Assembly (NCBI GenBank): GCA_015680685.1
Contig: MNCI01001656.1
Coordinates: 62,001-126,000 of the forward strand
Reading direction: 5' to 3'
DNA length: 64,000 nt
DNA from: Gnetum montanum
Lineage: Eukaryota; Plantae; Gnetophyta
Part shown: positions 11,601 to 23,463 of the stretch, piece by piece
Position numbering within the stretch: position 1 is the stretch's first letter
Layout of the letters: each line of letters begins with the position of its first letter
Notes under the pieces: model-generated
Told to the model about the DNA's origin: nothing
The model's database searches: none
The model's input: only the letters and a program-made list of their open reading frames with translations
Made by a program: the position numbers and the translations under genes

Positions 11601-12483
11601 AAGAATTGGTAGATAGCTATGATTTACTATGCTCATTATTGGACGATTGTCAGAAATAGTGTCCAAGCCAACCGTGAGCTCATTGAGTAACAGATGCAAA
11701 TGGATCTCCTAGCCCAGAAGAACCAAGACTAGAAGGACTTCAACGTGAGGGTCCAAGCATGGGGGCAGGCACAAAAGTACCACAAGCATGTGTATAAGCA
11801 AGAAAGTGCTGCCTACCACCAACATTACAAGGATTCTGCTATTGAAGCATGGTCCCTTTGGCTATGCTTCGATGTCATCGGTGCTTTTGGGACGTAAGAA
11901 AAGTTTTAGGAGAAAGTGACAGTAAGTGCCTCCCTAGAGAGAGAAATAAGCTTCCCTAACGGGGAGACCACTATCCCTTCCTTCTTCCTTGAACCACCCC
12001 GATGGACTCTTGTGGAAAAGGGGAAGGTTAAGGCTGGAACTGATCTAGGAGATGGCGTTTGGTTTGAGCTCACCGAGGATGAGATCATGCAATGCTTGTG
12101 GGTTGGCTTGAAACAAATTCCTTTCACGGTTGGCATAGGACCATCATAGGTAAGTTGTACGACTATTGTATTCTTGTTATGCATAGTTTCAATGGTGATG
12201 CTAACATGTGTTTCATGTCAAATCATAGGATCGACATGAGGAGGGTCCTCATGAAGAGGAGTGTAATGGAGACGATGGTCTTCATGAAGAGGATCTCCAT
12301 GAGGAGGATCCCCACAAAGATGATCAACCTCGTGGCAAGATTCCCCATAAAGAAGAGCTTTGCAAAGAGGATCACCCCCATGAAGAGACACCACTCGAAG
12401 AAGGTCCTTATGAGGATGACCTTCATGAGGCTGAGGTGGAGTTGAATGACACAGGTGAAAGTGGTAACAAAGGAAATGTGTAG
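8681..12483 (+). pseudogene. Antisense intron-containing accessory gene of element A: FCP1/NIF phosphatase-like + PMD-like + coiled coil + His/Glu-rich tail
   Basis: Exon peptides include KPVLIILDIVGIL...VWFQKGA*EFL*FLLCNFSIIIW...YNTLFVAHHLTTYFQNPP; FINFFSVPSNG...YNWASYLAEDL; GCHLRWDP. Introns at 9131-9216, 9494-9599, 10636-~10758, ~11020-11101, 11243-11328, 12150-12228. Homologous exon by exon to 24020-27681. The first exon was not resolved. Confidence 0.85.
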
Positions 12484-12603
12484 CGTAGCTATATTGGCCA
12501 ACATTTTGTTGTAATGAAATGGATTAAAGGATAACATTCTTTGTTTTATGTGATATAAAGATTTTAATTTTTATGAAGTGAAACATATTGTTAGAAGGGT
12601 TAC

Positions 12604-12737
12604 ATGTTTTATGCCATTGCGGGCTGTTAATAGTTTAAGGTCATTTCGGGCTGGGCCATCATAAGCATAAAAGGGTATATAAAATTGCCAATTTTAGGCC
12701 ATAGCGGGCTGTAACTAGTTTAAGGCCATCTTAGGCC
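12604..12737 (-). repeat. Four stem-N6-stem motif copies downstream of the element A gag-PR
   Basis: GCC-ATTGCG-GGC (12613), GTC-ATTTCG-GGC (12640), GCC-ATAGCG-GGC (12698), GGCC-ATCTTA-GGCC (12724). Each is preceded on the plus strand by a TTT tract, as in the 3' UTR array. Confidence 0.75.
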
Positions 12738-12849
12738 ATAGTGCATATGAAAAAGCGTAATAAGGACAATGCAAAAATAGAGAGCGTAAATTGCATAACA
12801 GTAAATAATGTGGACTAATGTAACATGTTACGCCAACGTGTTTCATTGC

Positions 12850-15800
12850 TAACTCTGTAATTGCTTCTTGGTTATCTTTAGTTTTCACGACACGTATGGA
12901 CGAGGAGGCTTATTACAACATTCCTCTATGCTACCATATTCTCCCTGAAAATGTAGTTCAACCCAAGACAAGCTTTCATTGGCCATTGTGTCGGCCTATT
13001 TAGTTGTTGGGGTAGGGGTTTGATCTTCAGGGATTTCAATCTTCAAACCCTATTCTAGTTCCATGTTGTTAACCGCTTGCGGGGTCATCTTATCATCATG
13101 GATGATCACTTCCCCTCATATTTAGGGCAAGTGGATCTCTTGATGAATGGGTGATGAGACTGCTCTTAGTTCAGCCATCCAAGATCTCCCTAAGATTAGG
13201 TTGAAACCAAGAATCTCCTCGATGATGATGAACAATGCGTCTGTGGGGAATTGATCCCCTGCTACAAAATTGATGTGTACCGTTCCCTTGACTTGCAATC
13301 ATGCCCCGTTAAATGACTTCAAACATGACGTTGTTGTGGGATTGATCTGGTCAATCAAACCCAGTTTATGCACTATGGGATATGGAATGACATTGGCAGC
13401 TACCCCGTCATCTACGTGTACTCTCCAGATTCTATATTGACCAACGCAAATAGTGATGAACATGGGTGCTATTGTTACCTAACCCTTTTTTGGGTCATCC
13501 TTAATGGACTCATCATGAAATATTAGTTGGAAAGGCCATGATTGTTCAGCGGTGAGGGGAAGCATAATCAAATGGATTGCTTCTTCATCCGCTGGCAAGC
13601 TCTCATCCATGGGTATGGATGCTAACATGCGAACCATGGCTTCATGATATTTTTGAGATGTCATCAGCAAGTCATAGAGACTCAATGTTGTATTTTTCTA
13701 TTTAAGAGCCTGTTTAACTTACGTAAAAGCATTGAGAAGATCATGCCCACGATCTAGTTGCTTATTACCCTTCTTTTTTTCCATTCGTCCTAAGAGACAG
13801 ATCTCTTAGGGAGGAACAGTTTCTGGTTGAGGGTTGCATTTTATTGGGTTGGGAGAAGATGGTTGCATTTGTGTAGCATCATCTTTTTTAGAAGGTGAGG
13901 TCAAGGATGCTGAGGCGAGGGGTGTAGGCTTGGGAAACCCCAACGCTAGTCGATCCTTGGCTGTGTTACCCGTCATACGTCCTTCTCCTTTCTTGTTAGG
14001 TTGTGATTAGGACGTTGACTTAGAGATTTGCTCCTGCGTAGTAGGAGCAACTGATGGCTTTGGCACCTTGATGATAAAGGGTGTCTTAGGTGCGGGCGTG
14101 GGCTAAGCCATGGCTTTACTGATGGTGGGGTGTGGAACGAAGGTAGGAGATAGGACTCAGAGGATGAAAGGTTATCGCTGAGCTGCACGTTTCGATGTTG
14201 ATAGGCTTATCGTCTGAGACAGGAAAAGAGGCACATCGCCCTCCGTACCCACTACGTTGATAGTGTATCCTACATTATTTACGTTTAACAGGTCTTGGTA
14301 CACATGCATGGATTGGTTTTTTGGATAGATCAGACTATTGCAATCTAGGATCAGTTTACCTTGATCGATTATGCATTGAATGTCACTTTCAATGCCTAGC
14401 AGTAATCTGTGTCATGGCCACACATTTAGTGGTAGTCGCAAAAACGATCCAGCCTGAAGTTCTTGGGGATTGGCGGTTCATTAGGCAAGGCTAAGGAGGG
14501 GTTCTTAAGTAGCTCACAATGTCATCTGTGGCACTTCAGAGCCTCCTCAAACATCATCTTGTGTTGGATATGGCCAGTTCCCAGCAGTTTCTTTAGAAGT
14601 TCTGAAGGCTTTACAGGTAGAGCCATGTATTTTAAGTGATCTTTACACTCAAAATTAGGCTTCAGCTATGGTGGTACCTCAAGGGTGGGTGCTATTTCGT
14701 GATCGATGCTTTTTGAGCTAGTTGTGGTCTCAGCAGGTGCCATAGGTATTTTCTTATTGTTATTTTTCTTTTTGGCCCCTTTGGCCATGGCTGCTACTGT
14801 TGTTGTTGCAGCTTTGCCTTTATCTTTGCTCTTGTTGTGGGAATTTTTGTAGACCACATACACTGGATCTTTGCTAGCCTTGGTTGCATCTTGAATGCTC
14901 TTAGTCTAAGCGAAGGCTTGGCTAAGGGAGTAGGGACTGAGATAATACAGTTTAGACTTGATAAAGTTGTTGACTGCCCCCTTGAAGATTGCCAATAGAT
15001 GAGCCTCTATAATGGGTTCACAGATTTCATTCAAGGTGGCGCTCCACTGCTATATAAACTTTTGAATTGGCTCGAGCGGATCTTTCTTAACTCCCATTAA
15101 TTGGTCCAGCATGACTTCTAGTTTCAGTGTGTATTTGAAACAAGTCACGAACTAAGTTAGCAGCTCTTCTAGGGTTGAGATGGAAGAACGCAAGAGTGCA
15201 CGATACCAGTCTAGAGCTTTACCTATTAGGAACATGGTAAAGACACGGATGATGGTATGTGGTCATTGTTGAAGCAACAATGACTCTGACCTGAAGGTGA
15301 CTAGATGAGCGTTGGGATAGCCTTCCCCATTGTATTTTGTAAAATGGGGAAGTGGCATCCTAGGAGGTAATGACAAAACAGGCACTACCAGACTAACAGG
15401 ATCGTCATGGTAAAAATCCATGACCTATATTATGTTAGAATTGGAAACCTTGAGGCATTTAACCTCCTCAGTAAGGGTTTGAATAAGTTGANGAGGAGGC
15501 AACGACAAAACAGGAACTACCAGACTAACAGGATTGTCATGGTAAAAATCCATGATCTATATTATGTTAGAATTGGAAACCTTGAGGCATTTAACCTCAT
15601 CAGTAAGGGTTTGAATAAGTTGAAAGGCTTGATCTAGACCCATGGATGAAGAGGTTGTTTGTGAAATGGCAGGATGAGCCATGTTGGATTCTGGAATAGG
15701 GGCAATAGCTTGGCTTGTGTGCGATGTTATCAGGACTGCTCTTGTAGGTAGTGCTGCTTGTGACATACACCACCCGGTAGGTGGTGTAGATGGGGCAACA

Positions 15801-16657
15801 ACTGTTGACTGTGCCATGGGATATGTTGTTTGCGTAGCTGGGGGCACAGAAAATGGCCCTACAGTGGGGTTTAGTGCTTGCGGGAGTTGGCCTTGATTGT
15901 GTGGGAGATAAGACATCTGCGTAGACTATGCAACAAGAGGCAATGTATTTGGAGCCCACCACACAATGGTGGCAGGTCCTATCATTAATGGTTATGCAGG
16001 AGCAACAGCTGGGATGGTAGAAGCGGTATGTAACTGTGAAGTAGGCACTACGTGCACATGCGGTGATGTGGGTGTAGGTATACGATGAAACGGGTTAGTT
16101 AACTAGGATTGGAGAGGAATAGTTTGTGAAGGAATGACACTCGGGAAGGTAGCCGAAGAGAAGAAATGCTGATGGGCCACATGCGCAACACGATTGACGG
16201 TAGACAATGAAAGTGGCATAGTGATCATAAACAATAGATTTACACGAGACACCGTGGAGGGAAGGACCATAGCAAAGCTAGCATGAATGCCTCCCTCAGA
16301 GTGGGCATCTAGGTCATCCTACCCATCATGAAGCGCTTCATCATGAAAAAACTCCTCTCATTATTCTATTGATGCCCTGGCCATCAATAGTTGATCTAAG
16401 ATCCACTGTTGTTGATCCGTCAGGGGTATGAAAGTGCCAGGTGAAGGTATGAATTCCTTCCCGTTACAATAGATGAACTCGTATTCGTGTTTTTCTTCGA
16501 GTTCTTATGGATACATGGGCAAATTTGCCTCAAGTTTAGTGTAGAGGAAATTATAATGTTCCCTGCACTGAGCATGTTCCTCAAGCTCTTGGTTTTGGAG
16601 CCTGAGAAATCGGCATGGTCGCATTGGACTGGTTGGCGGCTTGACCATAGGAGGCAT
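12850..16657 (-). pseudogene. gag: Element A gag-protease (3' end approximate)
   Basis: N-terminal RFLRLQ..YNFLYTKLEANLP; capsid-like FTKYNGEGYPNAHLVTF; CX2HX4HX4C-type knuckle near 14400-14440; protease VHVDDGVAANVI...FNLILGRSW. Confidence 0.85.
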
Positions 16658-16940
16658 AACTTGCAGCGTCCAAGGGTTTTTGAGGTTAGCATTGTCAACA
16701 GTAGTGGTTGATGTAGCCTTTCTCTATGTAGTTTGAGAGTAATGACAACAAAGATAAAGATCACAAGGGTAAAGATGAGCTAAGACAAAAATGGACTTTC
16801 TATCCTGTAGGATTTTAGAGGAATCATCAAAGCGACCGATCTATACCACACAATCTCGTAAACAACCACAGAGGTATTACATTTATGTCAATCGAAAATG
16901 GGTACAGAAAACTTATAGGACTACCCATGAAATGCAGATT

Positions 16941-16968
16941 GGAGGTTCAGGCCCTCCTTCTAGCGCCA
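16941..16968 (-). promoter_or_regulatory. Primer binding site of element A, complementary to 28 nt of tRNA-Asn(GUU) 3' end
   Basis: Plus strand GGAGG-TTCAGGC-CCTCC-TTCTAGC-G-CCA has exact T-arm, acceptor strand, discriminator and CCA geometry. It lies 6 nt from the LTR. The tRNA identity is from recalled plant tRNA-Asn sequence. Confidence 0.85.
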
Positions 16969-16974
16969 GAAAAC

Positions 16975-18278
16975 TATAACGACAAAAAACATCGGTCATT
17001 GGAAACACTGAACGAAATTCCGTGTACATAGTTTTAACCCCGGATCCGTACGAGGGCCGTGCTAGAGAAAAAATGAATCCGAGGTGCTCTGAATGGTCTT
17101 GTCAATCAGATAGGAACTTACTCAATCAGTAAATTTGCTAATGATTGTATAATAATGCAACGACTTAATATGAAAACATATTATCGATTTACGAGAAAAT
17201 GAGATTTTCTTTGAGATTGGATCTTGAAGGCAGTGAAGGTGGTGTAAATTATGCAAAATGATCATAAAATTAAATATAAACAAGGTGCAATGAATTGAAC
17301 TTTGAACATGCACAATTCCAAGATCTGGGATCTCCCTTTATAGATAAATAGGATAAAGAGAACGGGATTTACAAGCAAACTTTGGTTTGGACAAGGTATC
17401 TGCTACAAACAAGAAGCTAATCATAGATGAAACAAGCAAAGGCCGATCTACCTTGTTCTAGCCAATCTGAGCAGAAGGGAGTCAGACTTGAAAGTAAAGT
17501 GTTTACTAACTTGAAATCTTTGATCAAAGGCTCCTATAGATCACCATCGATGCTCTTCTATTGCTAACTCTTTCTTGCCGTCTCACTAATCTTGGCCAAG
17601 TGAATTTGTTAAAAATTTTCCAACAATTGCCAACTACTACCAATATTTGTGTCAAAATTGTCAACCCTTTGAGCATTATCTGTCGGGGTATTTATAAGAT
17701 TAGGGTTAGGAGAATAATGTAGTTTAGATGACACGTGTCCTTAGCCCAAAAAATACAATTGACTTGATGTGCCATAGCTGGAGTTTACAGCGTTATGCTG
17801 TGCTATGCTCTAGAGCATAATATGTCATAATCTACCCTTGTTTTTAGTGCTACAGGATATTTAGAGCTTCGGTAACAAATTGTCCTATGGTTACGCTACA
17901 ATACACTAGGGAGTGTATCGTGGTGTAAGAACCGCTAATGCTTGAATTTTTCTATCTCTGTTGTTGCAATTAAATCAACTGTCTGCTTGCGTTATGCTGT
18001 GTTATGCTACATTATGCTGCATAGCATAACGTGGTATAATATGCCAAAAGTTAATATTTTCAATCATGGAAAGCTTGCAAAGTCGAAGTGTTGTTGCTGC
18101 GCATCCCTCGTTTCTGTTCTGTCTTTTGGAGTCTACTACATTGACCTGTGTAGTGTAGCATAGTAGGCCCTTAGCCAAAAAAAGAAGACTTGCTGAAATG
18201 TACCACTTATGGAAATCCTTTACCTAAACTTCAAGAATTTGCTGAATCATTAAGGTCTCGAAATTTCATGGTGTTTCA
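16975..18278 (-). repeat. Element A 5' LTR (1304 bp)
   Basis: Colinear with 1085-2387; the inner terminus CA has mutated to TA; adjacent to the PBS. Confidence 0.95.
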
Positions 18279-18283
18279 GCTGG

Positions 18284-19220
18284 AAACCTTGGTGATGCAA
18301 AAACATCTCAAACAGTTATAGGACCACTCATTTCAGTACCCTATAGTAGCTAGTTCATGGATCAGGAAATTCCAAGTGAGCTAGAATCAAAATCTCATGT
18401 TGTACACTATCATTTTGTTGTAAATTGGCAACATTTGTGAGCTTGTCAAGCTCTTATGCTTCAAATTGTATGCATAAGCATAATGTAAATCAATACACAT
18501 TGTAAGATGTAGTGCATCCAGTCTAAAACATAGTCTACCTATGTCCAGTGCATACGAAGCTATACATCCGACACCTGTCACACGATCCATTTTTCTCTCA
18601 TCTCATAGCCATTGATCTCGTTCACAAATCGTACTCCTGAGCCTAGAGAAATGCATAAATACCCTGTTCATTGACATAAATGGGATTGGCAATTTTGCAA
18701 AAAAGGATAACCTAAAGAGCATTGGTAGGAAACCTTGGACGCTCGAGTGCACGTAATCTCTAGCACTTGAGCATCTACAAATGCTTCATCCTTCATCTCG
18801 GGGCTTGACGCTTGACCTGTCATCTACACACGGAACCAAATTTTGACCAGTGCACTTTATTCTCTAAATCAATACAATACAGTCTTTTACCATCCATTAT
18901 GTTGTTTACATTATTCTAGTTCATTACATTGATTACATTATTCTAGTTCATCATTTTACATTTACATCATTCTATTCCTTTCTTACATTACATCTACGCT
19001 CCATTTACATACTCGTGTTACATTTGTTATGATAACCCCAATGCAAGCCATAGCTTACGCTCAGGGAGTCCTTGGTTGATTTGTGTGCAGATCATCCAAG
19101 GCACTCTACCTTCATTTTTCCAGCTTGCCCTCATGCGAAGGCAGGGTCACTTGTGTATCTTCAGAGATCTTTCGGCATTCATTTTCCTCCAGCCTTACGC
19201 CGATGATTTCAGATGGTACA
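18284..19220 (+). repeat. Element B 5' LTR, right part
   Basis: Colinear with 35528-36465; ends GATGGTACA. The two parts total 1974 bp versus 1963 bp for the 3' LTR. Confidence 0.95.
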
Positions 19221-19225
19221 GAAAT

Positions 19226-19245
19226 TGGTGCTAGAAGGAGGGCTT
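19226..19245 (+). promoter_or_regulatory. Primer binding site of element B (tRNA-Asn)
   Basis: TGGTGCTAGAAGGAGGGCTT, 5 nt after the LTR end. Confidence 0.85.
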
Positions 19246-19562
19246 CACGTTTTCCATCTCGATTAAACATTGAACCATACCAATCTATTTACGATTGTAT
19301 TAAATCCTGCAAAATTTTTACGTTGTTGCAAATACAGTAAATTTTGTAACTGTAGCTAAAAATATTAAGTATAGCATGCACACACTATGAAAATCCAACA
19401 CAGTGTACACACACTATAAAGCCCAACACTACGTACACATGCTGCAAAGCCTAACACTATGTATACACACTGCTACGCACACCACGCACACACACTGCGT
19501 CGCATTGCGCTTATGCTGCGCACAAGCTAGCATATGCACGTTCAGGTTGCGCTCATGCTAAT

Positions 19563-19690
19563 GCTTATGCCCAACTTGCTCAAGCTCAGCTTGCATACGC
19601 CTAGCTTGCTCAAGCTTAGGTTGCATATGCCCAGCTTGCTCAAGATCAGGTTGCATATGCCCAGCTTGCTCAAGCTCAGCTTGCATATGC
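19563..19690 (+). repeat. 30-bp tandem repeat (about 4 copies) in the element B leader
   Basis: Unit approximately GCATATGCCCAGCTTGCTCAAGCTCAGCTT. A looser ~27-bp CACACT-rich repeat precedes it at ~19380-19475. Confidence 0.85.
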
Positions 19691-19728
19691 TGCTCACACA
19701 AATTCAGCTAGCCAAGCTAGTTACACAT

Positions 19729-22700
19729 ATGGAATCTTCTGAAATCAAGGAAACATTGCTCATTTCTAATATTAATGTCAAAATCTCAAATCCTGTGACC
19801 GCAACTGAACCCATAGTCACCGTTGAAGAGATTAATCCTCAAGGGCCAACTTGTTGGTTTCTTAGGTTACAAGGAAAGGAACCCACATATACAATTCTCA
19901 CCCCTAAAGAATACAACTTCATTTGTGTAAAGATCCAAGCTAACCTGCCCATTGATTACATAGACCCTTTAGCATATGACATAATTCCCCGCTCTGAATC
20001 CCATCATGAACTCATATCCCAGCCCCTCATGGAAAGGAATCAAACCTCACGGCAACCCACCATGGAGCCTCAAAACAGAGACGAGGAAGATGATTTTGCA
20101 ACTCAATCTAAGCATGGGGATTCGTACCACACTCTCAGTCCTCATACTTATGCGAACCCATTATTCCACCCTTTCACGGGAGAGACCATGCCTCTTCACA
20201 CATTTAAAAGCACTCAAGCACCTGTCTCTCAATAGGAAGCACCCACCCCCATTCCTACTTTCCCTACAATCAATACCCAATTCAATGCGCCCATCCTTGT
20301 CATTCCTCCAATCACCACATTACCCTCTCTTCCATAAGTACAATCCCAGAAACTCTCCTCTCAAGCTAATATAGGAGCAACCTTCCCACCCCAAATAATT
20401 GGAATGCCCTCCGTAATACCCACTTCTACATCTACTCATTATGTACCACAAGTGCAAATCCAAGGAACACCCTTCACCACTTCAACTCAACAGGTTCAGG
20501 GTGTTTCCTCACAGCTTGTAACTGGGTAGTGGCCCGCACTTGTCATTCAACAGCATCAACCGGCTCATTACAGCATACCACCTGTTACAATCCCATCCAT
20601 GAATGTCCCTCAAGTACAAACATCAACAACCCTACAGTTATCTTTCCCACAAACTACACAACAATCTAACTATTATCATGCTCAATCTAACTAACCAGCT
20701 GGTCCACCTAGTGCCCAAGAATGAGTAGAGGCTAGAAAAATGATGCAAGCATTGACCAATGAGGTAAAGCATCTGAAAATTACAAACACTGAAGTAGTTA
20801 AGGTGATGGATTTTTATCAGGATGATCTGATTAGCTCTTCAGTGCCACCATTGACTCTACCAAAAGGAATTTCATTGCTGCAGTTGACCAAGTATAACGG
20901 AGAGGGAGATCCAAATGCTCACCTAGTGACATTCTGATTAGAGTGTCTATTACTTTAGGCTTGGCCTCATGCAATTCTGCGTGTGTTTGCCATGTTCTTA
21001 ATTGGAAGATCCTTACATTGGTACCGAGCCCTACCACATAACTCCATATCCTCTCTAGAGGATTTGTTACATCAATTCATTACCTATTTTAAGTATAACC
21101 TAAAGCCTGAAGCCATGCTAGATAGTCTAATTCAAATAAAACAAGCACCATTAGAGCCTGTACAAAAGTTCATCCAAAGATGGAGCATTGCTCTTAATGA
21201 ACTTCAAGAGCCTATCCTGGAAATGTATTTACTGACAATCCTCAAGAGTGCCATGAATGATTTCATTAAGTCAAAACTCTATTATCTTAGCGCTCGTACC
21301 TTGAGTCAAGCATTTGTCCAAATCAAAAACATAGAAGAGGCAGCACAAATAAGTCATGTCCTAGCTTACCAAACTTTTAAAAGTCAATATACGAGGAAAG
21401 ATAAGGATAATTCTAAAATGACAGTCGCAGCAGTGGCAAAGACAGCTCGACCCAACAATGCAGGGTAGAAAGGGAAACAACCCACTACCCCCACTAGTCA
21501 TGAAAGAACCATTCCTGCACCTACACTTGAACCCTCCTCTACCCAAATTGCTAACACAAGTCATACTCGTACCTTCGAACAAAAAGATCCTTCCCAGTAC
21601 ACACCCTTACCTGTGAAGCCCTCACAATTATTGGACCAACTTCTAAAGGCTGGGTTGATTCAACATAAGAAGATGTCCCCTACAACATCTCAAAAACACG
21701 ACCGATCCTATGAGTTGGTTAAAAACCCAACATTGGCAATGGCTAATTAACCCCCTGTCCCAAGATGTTTTAGGTTAGACAGATTTTGTGAGTATCACCA
21801 ACAATGTGGGCATGGAACTGATTACTGCTTCGCCCTAAAATAAGACATACAACATATGATTGACAGAGATGAGATAGTCTTTGATGAAGCCAACCTAGTA
21901 AGACCTTAAAATTAGTCTATGGGGGTCTACAAAGATCCTCTTAACACCAAAGAGTCACCCTATGTGATTAACATGATCCATGTCGGCAATGAACAAGACA
22001 TCCCAAAGCATTTTTTCATTTGTGTGCCTGCTAAAACTGTGTCTACACCAACACCTCCACAAGCTCCTTTTTCTACATATACATATCCTACATCGTGAAA
22101 ACCATTCATCATCCAAGTGTACCCTGAGGTTGCAATAGCAAATGTGCCATCGCAAACTTGACCCATTCCATTTGTAATTCAGGTGCCAAAACACTCTGAT
22201 GTGTAACCCCCAACAATTCCCCCATGACCCTCACGAGAACACCTCACTGATAGAATGACCAGAGAATGTTTGGCCAAAGAACGTCATGGTCATCAGTTAG
22301 GATCACCAAAACCCACATTATTGAATGCTGTCCCTATGATTCCAACTACTGATCAACCTAGCATGAGTCATCAAGACAAGAACTCGAGAGTGTCTAGCAT
22401 CCCAAATCTAACAGCTACAATTAATAACGTAAAAACTCTTTCGTAAGAGATACAAATGTTGGGTCAAATGGATCAAGTTTCGACAGGTAAAAACATTCCA
22501 AATAGAAAATACTTGGCCAGTGCCCTGACCCAAGTTACGTAGGCCTTAAAACAAAAGAACACCTCTGTAAGCCTATATGACCTAGTGATGACCTCCCTAG
22601 TACATTGGGAAGCTCTAGTGCATATGTTGACTTCAATCCCTATTAGTGAAGACCTTCCTACAAATGAACCATCCATTTATGTTGTATTATCTCCACATCA

Positions 22701-23445
22701 AAAATCGAGGTCCACATCTCTAGGATTTCATGCCAATGACATTAAACAAGATGAAAAAATGGGAGAGGTCACCACTGCCCCTATGTTTATAACAATACAA
22801 GTTAATCAATTTAAGATACATTGGGTGCATGTTGATGATGGAGCAGCAACAAATGTGATACCTTTTCCTATGATTAAACGATTAGGCCTTCCGAAACAAA
22901 TACGGCCAACAACAACATCATTCTTGGAATCTTTCAGTGGTTCTCATGTCATGGTAAAAGGCATGGTCACCTTGGATTTCATAGTAGGGGACCAATTCCC
23001 CATGTCAGTCAAATTTGTAGTCATAGATGAGATGCTGAGGTTCAATCTGATTTTGGGACGGCCTTGGTTAGCTTAATTAAAAGCCATATCCTCACCGATT
23101 CATCAAGAAATCCACCTACCATATGAGGGTGATGAAATCATCATACACGGGGATGTAGCAACATCACTTACTTCCTCACACGTAGGAATGAACCAAGGAT
23201 CAGAGGTTGAATTATCTAAACCTAAGCAAGACACTGCTAGTGAAACCCTAGACATTGGTCAATCTCTGACCCGCGACCTTCCTAAAACAGAGGAAGCATC
23301 ATAAGAGGCAGACATAGGAGCCATTCCCAAAGATGTCCCTTGGTCAAAACTACCATTTGACATATCCAGTGAGGGGGATGATGAGTACAAGATCATGCTC
23401 GCACATCCCACCCTTCATAGAAAATTACAAAAGTTAAAGAAATAG
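19729..23445 (+). pseudogene. gag: Element B gag-protease
   Basis: WFLRLQGKEP; LTKYNGEGDPNAHLVTF; SLHWYRALPHNSISS; CEYHQQCGHGTDYC knuckle; protease VHVDDGAATNVI...FNLILGRPWLA; many in-frame stops. Confidence 0.9.
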
Positions 23446-23463
23446 ATAAAAAACTAGGATGAA

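Larger units (their letters stand above)
1085..18278 (-). mobile_element. Element A: full-length Tat-lineage Ty3/Gypsy LTR retrotransposon (17.2 kb), degenerate
   Basis: Direct-repeat LTRs 1085-2387 and 16975-18278. Perfect TSD GCTGG at 1080-1084 and 18279-18283. The empty site (single GTTGG, 35523-35527) is present in the B 3' LTR. Confidence 0.97.

Noticed and set aside
8681-12483. Host gene into which the retroelement pieces inserted
   Set aside because: It lies between matched LTRs with TSDs at the same internal position in two independent elements, so it is element cargo.
12092-12537. Met/Arg-rich and hydrophobic ORFs that look membrane- or env-like
   Set aside because: They are alternative frames of the 15-bp His/Glu repeat exon; no env evidence.
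15362-15623. ~130-bp direct duplication inside the A gag
   Set aside because: The two copies flank a single N at 15492, typical of an unmerged contig overlap. The intact TSD supports overall continuity of A.
16941-16968. tRNA gene
   Set aside because: Only the 3' 28 nt with encoded CCA are present, next to an LTR. This is a PBS.
19534-19728. Repetitive N-terminal extension (LHMPSLLKL) of the B gag ORF
   Set aside because: It derives from the 30-bp leader tandem repeat and has no counterpart in the A gag; probably UTR.
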